A stretch of DNA of 64,000 bases, taken from Lama guanicoe. Its lineage: Eukaryota. Shown piece by piece: positions 1 through 12,755 of the stretch. Location of the stretch: assembly GCA_013239625.1 (NCBI GenBank), contig MU053823.1:503565-567564 (forward strand), written 5' to 3'. The position numbers and the translations under genes were made by a program. The notes beneath the pieces were generated by a model, which had not been told where the DNA came from, ran no database searches, and saw nothing but the letters and a program-made list of their open reading frames with translations. Position 1 is the first letter of the stretch; each line of letters begins with the position of its first letter.

Positions 1-191
1 ACTCCTGGTGGATATAAACTCTGGAGGACATTTTGCTTTACATCAAAAGTATATATGTTTGTGTGTGTGTGCGTGTGTGTGTGTATACTTTTTTTAATGG
101 AGGTACTGGAGATTGAACATACACATGCATGCTAAGCAGGCACTCTACTACTGAGCTATACCCACCCCTCCTACAACAAAAAGTGCCTAGC

Positions 192-300
192 AGGGAGGGT
201 ATAGCTCAAGCGGTAGAGTGCCTGCTTAGCATGCACAAGGTCCTCAGTTCAATCCCCAGTACCTCCTCCAAGTATAAATAAACCCAATCACCCCCTTCCC
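192..300 (+). mobile_element. tRNA-derived SINE, camelid vic-1 type (representative + strand copy)
   Basis: GGGAGGGTATAGCTCAAGCGGTAGAG (A box)...GTTCAATCCCCAGTACCTCC (B box), A-rich linker, then a C-rich tail. Similar + copies near 5228, 23213, 23878, 27341, 28858, 31469, 40572, 43080, 58427, 61520. Confidence 0.85.
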
Positions 301-1838
301 TCAGTAAAGCAAAAAGTGCCTACTATTTGATTAAATTACCCTCTAAGAATTTATCCTAGGGAAACAAGAGAAAAAAATGCACACACACAGACACACACAA
401 AACGGATATAAATCTGCACTATTTATAATATCTATTCCCATCAACAGGGCATCAGTTACATAAATTATAGCATGTCTGTGTAATGGAATATCATGTAAAC
501 ATAAAAATGGCGGTAAGTTGACTATTTGTTCTGGCTTGTACAACATGTTTATAATATTGGAGGAATATATGGTATGATCCCATCTATTTAAAAAACAAGT
601 TTATATTATATATATGCAAAGAAGAAAATTCTGGAAGAATTATTATTAATGGTGGTTTTCTCTAGGGGGAGGGTTAGGGAGGAGCGATGATGAGATTGTG
701 AGATCTTTTTCCTGTACCATTTGATAGAATTTTGATTGTCACAAAAATCATGTTTCCCCCCATGGGGGAGGGAAGGGAGTAACCTCAGCTACTTCCTGCT
801 CTCTCCTTGGAAACCCCTTCACAGCTAGCTCCCCTGACCGCATAACCTTCCTCCAGGAATTGTCCCTGAGTCCCCAGCCCCAAGGCTTTGAACCTCTGAC
901 ATGATACTTAGCACAGTCTATGGAAGTCACCTGTTTGCCCTCTCTCTTTTATAAACTCTTAAAGAGCAGACTTTAATCTCTGCTCTCTTGGTGTTACACC
1001 GTTCCCAGCACTTAGGAGGTATCCGGATCAATGCTTCTGGGACAAATTAGTGCTCAAACCTTATTTCCAGTTGTAAAACTGACCAACCAGGGCTCTCAAT
1101 TCCACATCTGAACCACCTGGGAGGCTACATAGACATGCAGATTACAACACCCATCTCGGACTCTGAATAAGAATCCGGTGGGAGAGGGAGGCTGGGGACT
1201 CCACCTCTAACAGCTGACCGAGGTGAGTTCTGGTGGGTGGTCGGTTTGTCAAATTACTGAATGACGCTCCCTCAGGTCCTCGTCTGAAGGGTAAGACAAT
1301 GGTGTGTATTATGGCTCTATATTTACAAAGCCAGTATCAGCCTTTTCCACCCAATAAAAGAAATGGGGAGGTGTGGGGAGGGGAAGCGAGACTTGTGCAA
1401 ACTGAGCTCTAAATTCCAGTCCCCTGCTTGCCCTACCGAAGACACCACGATGTGAAAATTGTGGGCTGAAGAGTGGGAGACCAAGCCCTACCTGCATCCT
1501 CACCCCTCCCACCTAAACGGTCGCACAAAGCTGTCGATTCAGAAAAAACGCATCCTGAATCCTGGCTTTGTTCAGGCACCAGCGGTATGATCTTGAATAG
1601 GTTACAGGTTATCCACAGTCTGAGCCTCAATTTCCTTATTGTCAAAAACTTAATAAGAATATCTGCCTTCCTCTCAGGGCTGAGGGTGGGATTAAATAAA
1701 TTAAAATATGTAAATAAGATAAAATACGCACAGGGCATGCCACGAACCTCTCAGTAATTGTTACGTCCCCCTCCCCCCTTCCTTCGCACCGCCCCCCCCC
1801 GCCAGACCCTCGTCCGGGAAACACTCGGACATGCTTAC

Positions 1839-2106
1839 CTCGATCCGGGAGAAGCCGGAGTACGTTCCCACGGACACCCAGCTCCTGCACGGAGCATAAG
1901 TCTTGAGAGACACCAGTGGTTGCTGCTGCCTCTTGATCCTGGAAAATTCGCTTCAAGATAGAAGGCACAGGCTGGAACTTCTTGGGTGAAGGCACCTTGT
2001 CTAAGCCTAAAAACTGGAGAAAGACATGTTCTTGGAACTGTAAGGTCTGGCCCAAGGCCAGAGCTAACAGGAGGCCGAGCGCCAGGCCTGGCAGGGCAGG
2101 AAGCAT
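1839..2106 (-). CDS. GDF3: GDF3 coding exon 1 (signal peptide and start of TGF-beta prodomain); exon 2 lies left of the window
   Basis: Translation [89 protein letters not shown](G) closely resembles the mammalian GDF3 N-terminus. gccATG start; 268 nt ending in phase 1 at G|GTAAGC (GT at 1838-1837). Synteny with DPPA3 and NANOGNB. Confidence 0.96.
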
Positions 2107-5100
2107 GGCCCCCGAGCTGAGGCAAAGCTGGCTGGTCGGGCCGGAGGGAGCTCTAGCGTCTGACTGCCCAGCAATTCAGGTGCTGCTAATTTATCTGACG
2201 TCAGATAATCAGGTGTGAATTGCTCTCTTCCCAGCTCCTCAAAGGCAATTGGATATGAAAGGACAGAATTTTTTTCTCTTCCCTAGCTCTACTCTTCCAG
2301 GGGGAAAAAAAAAAAAAAGAAGATTGCCAATGCACAGACCTAACTGCAACAATCGGAGATTGTCAGCAGGAGACAGAGCAGAAAGGATATGTTTGTTAAG
2401 CACCTATTATGCGCAGGGCGCTGAGATGGGTACCAGGAACAGATGATTAGTGATGGTTAAGTCTTGTCATTCAGTCTAATTAGACAAACCCACAGGTAGA
2501 TTTCCACTAGACAATATCCACAGCCAGGTGGGAAACCAAACCAAGGAGAGGGAAGTCCTCCCAGCGAGGTCGGTCTACCCTCCCCATCTGTTTTTAGCTG
2601 TTAAGAGGGACTGAGTTCTCTTCGTCTGACTTTGCCCTTCTCGAGTAAAAGTCAGAAGTCTGACTGGATTATTTCTGGTTTCATTACTCATTAGCTCTAT
2701 GATATTGGCCATGTCACTTAATCTTCCTAAATTTTTGTTTTTTTCAATCGAAAAGAAAAACTGACCTTCTAATTTGCCATAGGAATGTGATGAGATGATG
2801 TGTTTAAAGCACTCGGCACAGCAGCCTGGCCAATGGACCACACGGTGTTCACAGAGGAGAAAAACTTCAACACTTAGTAGGCATTTTTCAGTAAGGCATT
2901 CGGGGCTTGAAGGAACTACCCCTGAAACGGCACGCAGGTTACTGAGCAGTTGAGTATGGTAGCATCTATCAATTTCTGCTTTGGTTTTTATTTTGTTTTG
3001 GCCAAACTCCTATAAAATTTTTCAAATGCTGTACGCTGTAGGAGAATTAGTTTGTCTGTGCCAAAATAATTTTCAAGCTTTTTGAGAACAGGGACTTTAT
3101 CATTTTGCAAACATTTTATTTTATACCACCTATTATAAGAACTTATTTCCCCCAAAGGAAAAACAACATGTTGTATCTAATATGTAACAGTTTCCCACCA
3201 ACTACAGCATAAGATCTAAACTCCTTAGCCTGACACTTGAGGACTTTCTAGGTTTGGCCCCCACATCCCTAGCCAGTCTCATTTCCTAACACCCACCATC
3301 ATTGGTGTTAATGCTCTAATTTTTTTTTCATTGTTGTTTCCCTCACTTTTTAAAATTGAAGTATAGTCAGTTTACAATGTTGTGTCAATTTCTAGTGTTA
3401 ACGCTCTATCGATACTGATGTATTTTTAGTTCCCCTAGGAGCTCCACTCATTTCAGCCTTTGCACAGCCCAAGTTCAAAGGCCACTTCTACTGCAAAGGC
3501 TTCCCTGACTCAACAAAACAGATTTAGATACCTCTTCTTTCTCCCACTGAGCTCTGACTGGGCATCTGAGACAGCGCCAATCACAGTGCATCACACTGTG
3601 TTTCTCCTGTGTCCCTCCCAGATAGTACACTCCTTAGGGGTTGGAATCATGTCTTTTCATTTAAGTATCTTAAGTAACTTCTATTTAAGTATCTTTCATT
3701 TTAAATCTTAAGAACGGGGAGCAGGGAGTTATTGTTTCAAGGGTACAGAGTGTGTGTTCTGCAAGATGAAAACCATTCTGGAGATGGATCTCAGTGATGG
3801 GAGCTCAGTGTATAAATGTACTTAATGAACGTGCTTTATGCCACTCAACTGTCGCTTATGAATGATTAAATCAATCAGTTTTGTGTTGTGTGCATTTTAC
3901 CACAATTTTAAAAAGTGAATTTAGAAAACACCACTGTCCTTTGATCAGCACTCCACTTCTAGAATATTATTCTATGCCACTAGGATATAAGCTACAAAAG
4001 AGCAAGGAAAAATGAGGTGCCTTTTCCACCAAGTATCTCCACTGTGGAGGGAAGTGTCTACCAGGTAGGAAACATTCAATACCTATCTGTGCAACAAATA
4101 AATGGAGGAATGAATTGGTGCTACTTCCGAAGGTTTCCCGCTTCTAGAGCCATGTTTTCTCCATTCCCACTTCTCCCATCTCCTCCTATTTGCATCCTAC
4201 TTAACGCTTTTAATCTACAATCCCCACCTGTTTTAGTGATAAGTGTGGGTTGCATTTTGATTTCCTTTGTTTAACTTCTCTTATTTAAAGTCAGAAATCA
4301 GACTAACCGGTTTAAATTCTGGTTCCATCACTGATTAGCTGAGTGATCACAGGCAAATCACTCAACTGTGAAGTGAGAATAAGACATTCTTTGCTAAGGT
4401 GCTGAGGGGATCTGAAGAGCTAATACCTATGCAAAACTCAGGACAATGCCTGCCAAATGGTGAGCACTCAATCCAAGCTAGGTGATAGTCATTATTATTG
4501 TCATTATTATTTATTAAAGTGGCATTTGATCAAGGGAAAGAAAGCAATAACTGAGTGTGTGCAGGCACCCCATATAGCAGAAAAAGCAAGCAGGGGTGGG
4601 GGGAATCTGAGTTAATAAGTCACCCTGTATTTCTTGGAGGATTCATTCAACCTTTTTGATACATACCCAGGCGTTTTACCTATAAAATCTCAACACTAAA
4701 TCCAACGTTTTTTGGGGGTTTTTGGTGGTAGGGGAGGCAATTAAGTTAATTTACTTTTAGAGGGGTTGGGGATTGAACCCAGGACCTCCTGTATGCTATG
4801 TGCTCTACCACTTGAGCTATCCCCTCTCCCCTGAGTTTGACCTTCTTTAAGGGTTCTACAAACAAAAACACTCTCATTCTGGATTTTCAGCCCAAATTAG
4901 AAAACCAACAGTAAGACAATATAGCTAAATAATATAGAACCAGTTCTGAAGTCATGGACCTAGATAAAAATCCTAGCTGATGGGCTATGGGGTCCTGGAC
5001 AAATTGTTTCTCTGGCCTTTGGTTTTGTAATCAATAAAATGAGGACTATATCAGTCCAGCAGAATTATTGTCATCATAAGCATAAAAAATATTCAGACTT

Positions 5101-6528
5101 CATAGTAAAAAAAAAAAGGCAAATTAAAGCAATGAAATGTCTTTGTCTAATCAATTAGCAAGATGAAGACAAGACAATAGCTTGTGTAGATGAGGGAGCA
5201 AGGAAATAAATGCTGAGGGGAGGCTATGGAGGGTATAGCTCAAGTGGTAGGGCACATACTTAGTCTTCACAAGGTCTGGGGTTCAATCCCCAATATCTCC
5301 TTGAAAACTAAATAAGTAACCCTAATTACCACCAAAGTAAAAAAAAAAATTTTTTTTAAGAAACAAATATTATTACAGTTAGCTCTGGAATATACATTAA
5401 TATAGCTTACCTAGAATAAAAGTTTGCAATATATAATAAAAAATTTTTTTAATGGAGGTGCTGGGGATTGAACCCAGGAGACCTCATGCATACTAAGCAA
5501 GCACTCTACCACTGAGAAATACCCACCCCCTCTTACATGAGGGAACTAGAGTAGTCAAATTCATAGTGACAAGAGCAGAATAGGGGTTGGCAGGGGTTGG
5601 GGGAGGAGAGGATAGGGAATGAGGAGTTATTGTTTAATGGATACAGAGCTTTTGTTTTGCAATATAAAAGCAGTTCTGGAAATTGATGGTAGTTATGGTA
5701 GCACAATGTGAAGGTACTTAATGCCACTGAACTGTACATTTAAGAATGATTTAATGATTATTTTTCTATTATATGCATTTTACCACTATTTTAAAAATAA
5801 ATTAAAAAAATACTCGTCCCCTTTGATCAGCAATGCCACTTTTAGAATATTATTATAAACCACTAGACTGTAAGCTACAAAAGAGCAGGGACAAATGCTA
5901 GCTACTTGATAAATATTTGTTGAGTGAGTTAAGTAATGGGAATGGATGAAGAATTACAAATGTATTATTTTAGTATTATTCATTTATTTATTTATGTGTT
6001 TATTTTAATTGAAGTACAGTCAGTTACAATGTGTCAATTTCTGATGTACAGCATAATGTCCCAGGCATGCATATATATATACATATATTCATTTTCATAT
6101 TCTTTTTCACTAAAGGTTATTATAAGATACTGAATAGTATTATTTATTATAGAGAAGACTTAGAACCAATCTGACTGTACAGTAGTTAATGCATTATGGC
6201 ACATCCATAAGTTTTATTATTACTCAGCCATAAATAACACTGTAAGAGAACATTTAATAGCATAGAATCTGAGCCATGAAAAACTTATCCTTAATAATTT
6301 AAGCAAAGAAAAAAAAGAGCAGATTTTGAAACATATATAGAAAATAATCCAATTTTATAAAAAATACATTCAGAAAAAAATCTGGAAAGATCATTATCAA
6401 TACATTAATGATTGCTATTTCCTAGTAATTTTTTGTAAATTTCTATATTTTTCAAATTTTGATAAGAAGTGTTTTTTAATTTTATTATCAGAAAAAAAGT
6501 TACTTAAACAAACGAAACAGCGTAGTCA

Positions 6529-7125
6529 TGCCAAAGGAGTAAAGGGGGGCAGAACACAGCCGTTAAAGAAATGACACAGCAATTAGCACCAAGATGGCAG
6601 AAAAATCAACTTCCAATAGAACCTGAGGCCCAAGATGGCGGGAGATTTGACCTCCAGTGGCCCTTGAGCTTCATTATATACATTGTAATGTACTAGCATG
6701 GTGAATGACACACCCACAAGTGCCAGTTCCAAAACTAACCAAAGGAGGTCAAAGAAAGGGCGGTGGCCTAATTCCTGGGAGTCCCCACCCCTTCCCCAAA
6801 GTAGTTGAAATAATCCTCTCACTGGTTAGCATACAAAAACTAGCAACACCTGAGTGCCTCAAGGTCTCTCTCTCTCTCTCTTGCCTTCCAAGAAGCCATC
6901 ACTCTGTTTATTGTGTATCTGCCTTTACTTTGACCAGCCTCCCCACCTCCCGCAACCCCAGGTACATCTCTCTAAATAAAGCTACTTTTACTCAACTATG
7001 GCTGGCTCTTGAATTCTATCCTGCAAGAAGCTAAGGACCCTCACTTGCCTGGGCATGTCCTAGGGACTCAACCGAGACCTGGAACACAGCACTCCTCATG
7101 TCCCACATCCATTTTTCCTGCATCA
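6529..7125 (+). mobile_element. Solo ERV LTR (ERV1-like)
   Basis: TG...CA termini, CAAGATGGCG motifs, internal (CT)n and an AATAAAGC poly(A) signal followed by a U5-like segment. Confidence 0.6.
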
Positions 7126-10100
7126 CTAGGACATGGCCATCCTCTTGCACCAACCCCCCTACTTTTTCCTGTATCAGTTGGTTCCAAGAATATGCACATT
7201 TTAAGATTTTGTACAATATGGCCAGATTTCTAATCAACAATCAGCAGGAAAAAATTGGTCTAGTGTACTTATGTATATACACACATAAGCATATATTCAT
7301 AACATATTCATCATGTGTCAGCTGCCTTTTCTGAGTCTAGCCTGAAACTTAATCTGAGAATGTGTGTTTTATATTTTACAAAAAGATGGTGAGAAAAAAT
7401 GGTGTTTTTTCCCATTAATGTTACTGGGAAAAAAATATTTGGAATTTTTTCTGTGGAGAGAAATGAAAAATAATATTGGTTTTTTAAGTCAAACAGTCTG
7501 AGAACCACTGGCTTAGAATACTTGATATTATTTTTTATAATTAAAGTGAATTCAAGAAATGAAGACTGTAATCTTATCAAGGAAATTGCTGCGTTTAATT
7601 TATAAATTCATATACTCAGGTTTTCATAATTAGAATAGCTTACCTCAAAGTGTTAGGCATTCATAAAAACTAATCTAGGAATAAAAAATAAATATAAGCA
7701 CATAGCAATAGTCAATTATATATCCTAGACAGGGCAGATACAATTATAAAATAAAAAAATATTTAAAACAGAGTTGAATAAATTATAAATTAAAGTTAGG
7801 TAAGAAAAACAATATTACATTATAAAACCTTATATTTAATACTTTGTAAATTGTGATTAAGAAACATGTTCTTGAATGACAGTTTAAAATTTGAACAAAT
7901 GTGAACAATTTCTCTCCTGGATAACAGATTTGTGAGTCTTTTTGTTTTCTCCAAAAGTTAGGAAAATAAAATATTAATTCTTTAATTGTCTTTCTTATCT
8001 AAAGACTGTCCTTCACGTCTGGGCCTAGAACAAAGAGCACAGGGAATAGTTCTCTTTCCTCCAAGGCTACAAATTTGCAGTTGATAAGAATTGGCGGAGT
8101 CATTTTTATTGCCTTGGGTAACAATGTTTAAGTCTCCTGTTCTTAGATAACAAATTCTTAGAAGTATTCTTGCCTAAGAAGGTCAGGAGACAACAGAAGA
8201 GATGTTGTCCGTGGCCTTTACTCTTAGAATCAACGTCTTTGACCTCTTTCGAGATCTAGGAATTCCAAGTTTATCTTTGCTGTTTCCAAACTCGTGGCAG
8301 AGTTTACAGTTATAAGGGAGAGGAAAAAGAACAGAAATCAATACAATCTTGAAAACGAATGTACTCATTCTTTCTGAATACTTTGACTTATTATAGTACA
8401 GATGAGTATGAAAAATGCATGCCTGTGTGATTTAAGAATGAATGCGTTTATGATGCAGGCAAAGAACTTTGCTCCAGGTAATGAGCTGGGTTGGTGCTTT
8501 TCAAGCTTTGTTTTCAGTCATTAATGAATAGTGACATAAATTGTGTGTCTCTAGCAGCATTTAAAAAAAGAACTGTGTAGAAAATACCAGAGTGCATTGT
8601 GCCATAGCCAATACTTCTTTCCTGAAACCTTCAGCTATTAATAGTTATCTGGACGTGTTACTGCGTGTATTCCTCAATGTGAGTCACAGGCAAAAATGGC
8701 GTAAATGCCACCACACTAATGACACACTTGAACCACAGAGGTTCCCCTTTCTTCATTGAGTTTACATTCTGGTCAGATGACTAATAAAGAAACCAGCAAG
8801 GATGATGTGATGGGGTGAGTCCAGGATCCTGAGGCAGGAACGTGAAAGACATTTCACCTAGAACTGAGGGGTCAGGGCTGCTTCCTGGAAAAGTGACGTT
8901 TCAGTGAAGACCGGAGGAGTGACTAAGAACGTGGACTCTGAAGACAGACCTGTCTCAGTCCAGGGCTCTACCACTATTTCCCACCTGACTCTGTCCAAGT
9001 TACTTTTAAACTTCGGTGCCTTAATTTCCCTGTCTGTAAAAGGGAAAAATAAAGCTTCGCACCCCACAGGGCTGTTGTTCAGATTAACTGCCAGAATGAA
9101 GGTAAAACGCTCAGCCCGCCACACCCTTAATATTTGCTGTTACCACAGTAGCAGTTGGGGGAGGGGTGGGCCAGGAGGGGGAGGGGCCCTTGTTCTGTCC
9201 CACTGGGCCTGGAGGGACACAGGAGCTGGGTTGAGGTTGAGAACCGAGCAGAGCATAAATAAGCAAAACCCTCAGCAAAGTGATAAGGCAGAGAAATAAA
9301 GGCACGGCTAGATCATAGAAGGCGTCATAAACGAGACAGAAATTTGGATTTTAATCTGTGGACAACTTGAGGGGCTTTCAAGAGTTTGGAGTGGACTGAT
9401 TTCATGGTGCCAGAACCCGTGTGACAGCCCACAGTAGCTTTTGTGCATATTTTTGAAAAGGTTCCCTCTCTGGTCACAACTTCCTCTGGACCAGTCGAGC
9501 CCCGGACTCGGGCACAGGCCCGTCACCTTTCTGCGAACACACGGCGGCCCTCAGCGTGAAGAAACGGGTCCCAGGGGGCTCAGTGCTGCAGGGAGGGCGG
9601 CCAGGAGGCTGCTCCAGTGATTCAGACTGGACTAAGGGTGGCTGCGGCAGTGGGGACGGAAGAGAAAGACCTGTGTAAACAGAATTAACTAGAATCGGTG
9701 ATTGAGGATGTAGGCTGGAGGCAAGGATATGCTTCATGCCCTGTGATAAAAATAACAGACGTAGGACAGAACGCACCAGCAGAACTGTTAATAATTAAAC
9801 AGAGAGGCCACTAGACTGATGTGGCTTTAATGCTGTGGTGGCTTCTGTCAGCAAAGCAAAATCTAAGGGCCATAAATGCCTCAAGGTCATGAAAAAATGA
9901 AGGTGGAGCGTTGTTTTGAATTCTGTTTATTTGCTTCTTGAATGAGTTTCTTGCTGGTGGCATGAACAGGCTGTCTTCATCATGAACATCCCAGAGGCCT
10001 TCGAAGCATCTGGGGCGATGCTGTATTTGGTTCTTCTTCTACGAGTCGTCTGAACCTGTTCGGGTTCTCCTGCTTCCCCGTTGACATCAGCGCGGCACCG

Positions 10101-10379
10101 ATGTTTCTCGTCCCCTCTTGGATGGCTGCAGCGTGATCTGAACCCTGACCCTGACCCTGACCGGCTGCGCACCAGGCGCTGCAGATTCTCCCCCTCACGG
10201 CACCAGCACGTTTCACTCCCATCTCTGCTAGAGGAATGGAAATGGTAACAAGCACCATTATAAGGTAGCATTGGCTTTTCTTTTCGTAATCACTTCTGCC
10301 ATATTCCACTGAGAATTTTCAAATAAAGATGTCACATTAGCCAAGAGTTACTTTTATTCTTTTGGAGCTGTCTGACCAA

Positions 10380-11460
10380 CAGTCGTTGGCTTTACCAGTA
10401 GGGGAAACCTGCCTAATGTCTTCTTGTTTTGACACCTAGTTGGTCAGGTCTGGATCAGCCAGTAGGTAGGCACCAGCCTAGGGTGTGATGGTCCACACCT
10501 ATTAGCAGGTAAGTGTGGAAGTCACACCCACTAAAACCTCTCTGAATAGTGGAAGACACTTCTTGCAGTCAACTGCAATCTTACTTCTTTTTTTTCCTCT
10601 TTAATTTTTTTTTTTGGTGGGGGAGGGTATGAAAATTAGGTTTCTTTATTTATTTGTTTAACTGGAGGTACTGGGGATCGAACTCAGGACCTCGTGCATG
10701 CTAAGAACACACTCTACCACTGAGCTGTACCCTCCCCCTGCTGTGATCTTACTTCTACAGGACGTGGATTCAAGGGAAACATCACTCATTAACCCTGAGC
10801 AGTGGGACAGCTGTAGGGGCAGTGAATTAGATGCCCAGTATTGCTCTCATGGTGGCTATCCCAGCCTACCCCTGTCTGCTAGGAGAGTCACACCCAGTCT
10901 CACTCCTCCCAAACTAAGGAGATGCTCTATCAAGTGTTTACAACAGTGCCTCTGCCACTATTTACATACTGGCTCTACCAAGCTCCTCCTTTCAAACTCT
11001 CCCCTTATTGAATGACTCGGACACATCCAACCAAGTGCCCAGTGACAGACTAGTCTACCATGAATCTCAAGATCCTATGGTCAACTTGTCATCCTCTGTG
11101 CATATCTCTAACTGTAGGACTCTCCCTTGGTACTTGTAGTTAATATAATCCCACTCTTCTGCAAGATTTGAACCCCCACACATCTACCTAACCCCAGTTG
11201 TCATTACCAGTAGAGTTACCAAGGTAAGAAGGGTTATTATTGGCAATACAGTTACACACAATTATTGGACCAGTAAAATATGGCACTACTTGTTTAACCC
11301 TGCAAACCAAAAGTTTGAATAAAAGCTGTGGGCTATTTGAACCCAAGTACATGTTCTAAGCGTGGATGCTTTTGCCAGGAGCAAATATCCAGGACCATTT
11401 GGCTTGGACCATCTGTCACAAAGGACATTTTGCACAGGACCAAATATCTGCTAATCCTAT
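10380..11460. mobile_element. Degraded ERVL/MaLR-type LTR and internal fragments, interrupted by a SINE
   Basis: General resemblance to old ERVL-class sequence; family not resolved. Confidence 0.35.
10620..10738 (-). mobile_element. tRNA-derived SINE, vic-1 type (representative - strand copy)
   Basis: GGAGGTACTGGGGATCGAACTCAGGACCTCGTGCATGCTAAG...CTACCACTGAGCTGTACCCTCCCC. Similar - copies near 96, 4730, 5448, 12140, 13607, 16720, 17030, 18195, 19990, 20287, 20580, 23557, 27775, 45975, 51060, 55826, 57515. Confidence 0.85.
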
Positions 11461-12439
11461 ATACAAATTGGGTTATTATACGCCTTTTCATTCTTTAGAG
11501 GTGGAAGATCAGAGGAAAAGCAATGCTTGGTCTTCAAAGGGGTTGGGGGCATCCAGGAAGGATGCCTTGGGAGCTTGGCTGGAACAGGCTTCCCCACCCA
11601 AGGCTCGCATGGGAAGCAACAGCGAGCACAAAGGGTGCGGACCTTCGGGGCCCAGGGATGCAGTGCCGAGAGCAAAGTAATTCACAAGCTGTGGGTCTGG
11701 GAGAATTCCCCCCAAGGGCAGCCCTCCTCCCTCCCTTAGCGGGCCACACCTCTGTTTGGAATCCTTTTCACTTCCTGACCCAATACTTTGGATGGAAAAT
11801 TTGTCATCTGCTCCCTGAGGGCAAAGCATTTATTTTGCCTGCGGCTCACTCTGCCCCACCTGAAATCAGCCCTGGACAGTTAAAGGAAAAACGGAATAAA
11901 ACAAAACAAACCTTTCCGAGCTAGAGAAGGCACCTGGAGGCATCAAGAAAGACATCACCCCACCTCCAGCCTCTGGTAGATTAAGCCATAACATTCCTTG
12001 CGAGTAAATTTGGCTGGAAAGTCCATCTCAGGGAGGTTAGTGAGAAGTTAAGATGACTTCTAAATTCAACTGATGTTTTAAACTTCTTTGTATTTTGTTT
12101 CTTTCTCCCATTCCTGACATTTTTCCCCCCTTTTTTGGGAGGGGGTGATTAGGTTTGTTTGTTTGTTTGTCTGTTTATTTATTTATTTACTTATTTTAAT
12201 GTTGGTGGTGTTGGGGATTGAACTCAGGACCTCGTGCATGCTAAGCACGCACACACTCTAACCACTGAGCTGTACCTCCCCCCAACCCAATTCCTGAAAT
12301 TTCTTGATGGAAAAAAGTTAATGCAAAATTGTGGTCTTCCAGCCCATCCTACGTGCGTGATGACTGCCTCCTCCCAGAACTGTCTGGGGACTCCAGGAGT
12401 CCACTGAAGGATAAACAAGCATATTAAATTTTTTTTAAC

Positions 12440-12755
12440 AGTTTCTTTGAGTAAAAATTGATTTGAATAGGGCAGCAACCAATCAAGCAGATAGAAAGGA
12501 ATCTAGAGATGCTGAACAAAATGAAAGCCTTCTTTGGCCAAAAAGGAGTGGGAGCAAGGAAGGGAATGGATTGGTTAGCGCAAGATTACTTTCTTTCTCT
12601 TTAGGGGATGGCTGATTACTTAACTAGTGCTGATAAGGCAATTTTCCTAATTGACTAGTTTAAAATTTCATTTCTGGAAGAGCCAAAACTGTAACTGTCT
12701 AGATTTGGTGATGCGAGGATTAGCCTGAGGGACTCCATCTTAGGCCTGTTGTTAA
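12440..12755 (-). mobile_element. Solo LTR fragment (ERV1-like)
   Basis: Reverse-strand LTR-type features (GACTCCATCTTAGGCCTGTTG...AACA end; AACCAATC box). Confidence 0.4.

Noticed and set aside
192..265. tRNA genes
   Set aside because: The tRNA-like A/B boxes belong to dispersed, mutated SINE copies with A-rich tails, not intact cloverleafs.
1642..1838. C-terminal part of the 154-aa ORF as GDF3 coding sequence
   Set aside because: Read-through into intron 1 past the GTAAGC donor.
11366..11924. Cluster of six overlapping ORFs
   Set aside because: GC-rich sequence next to ERVL-like fragments; no recognisable protein or splice structure.
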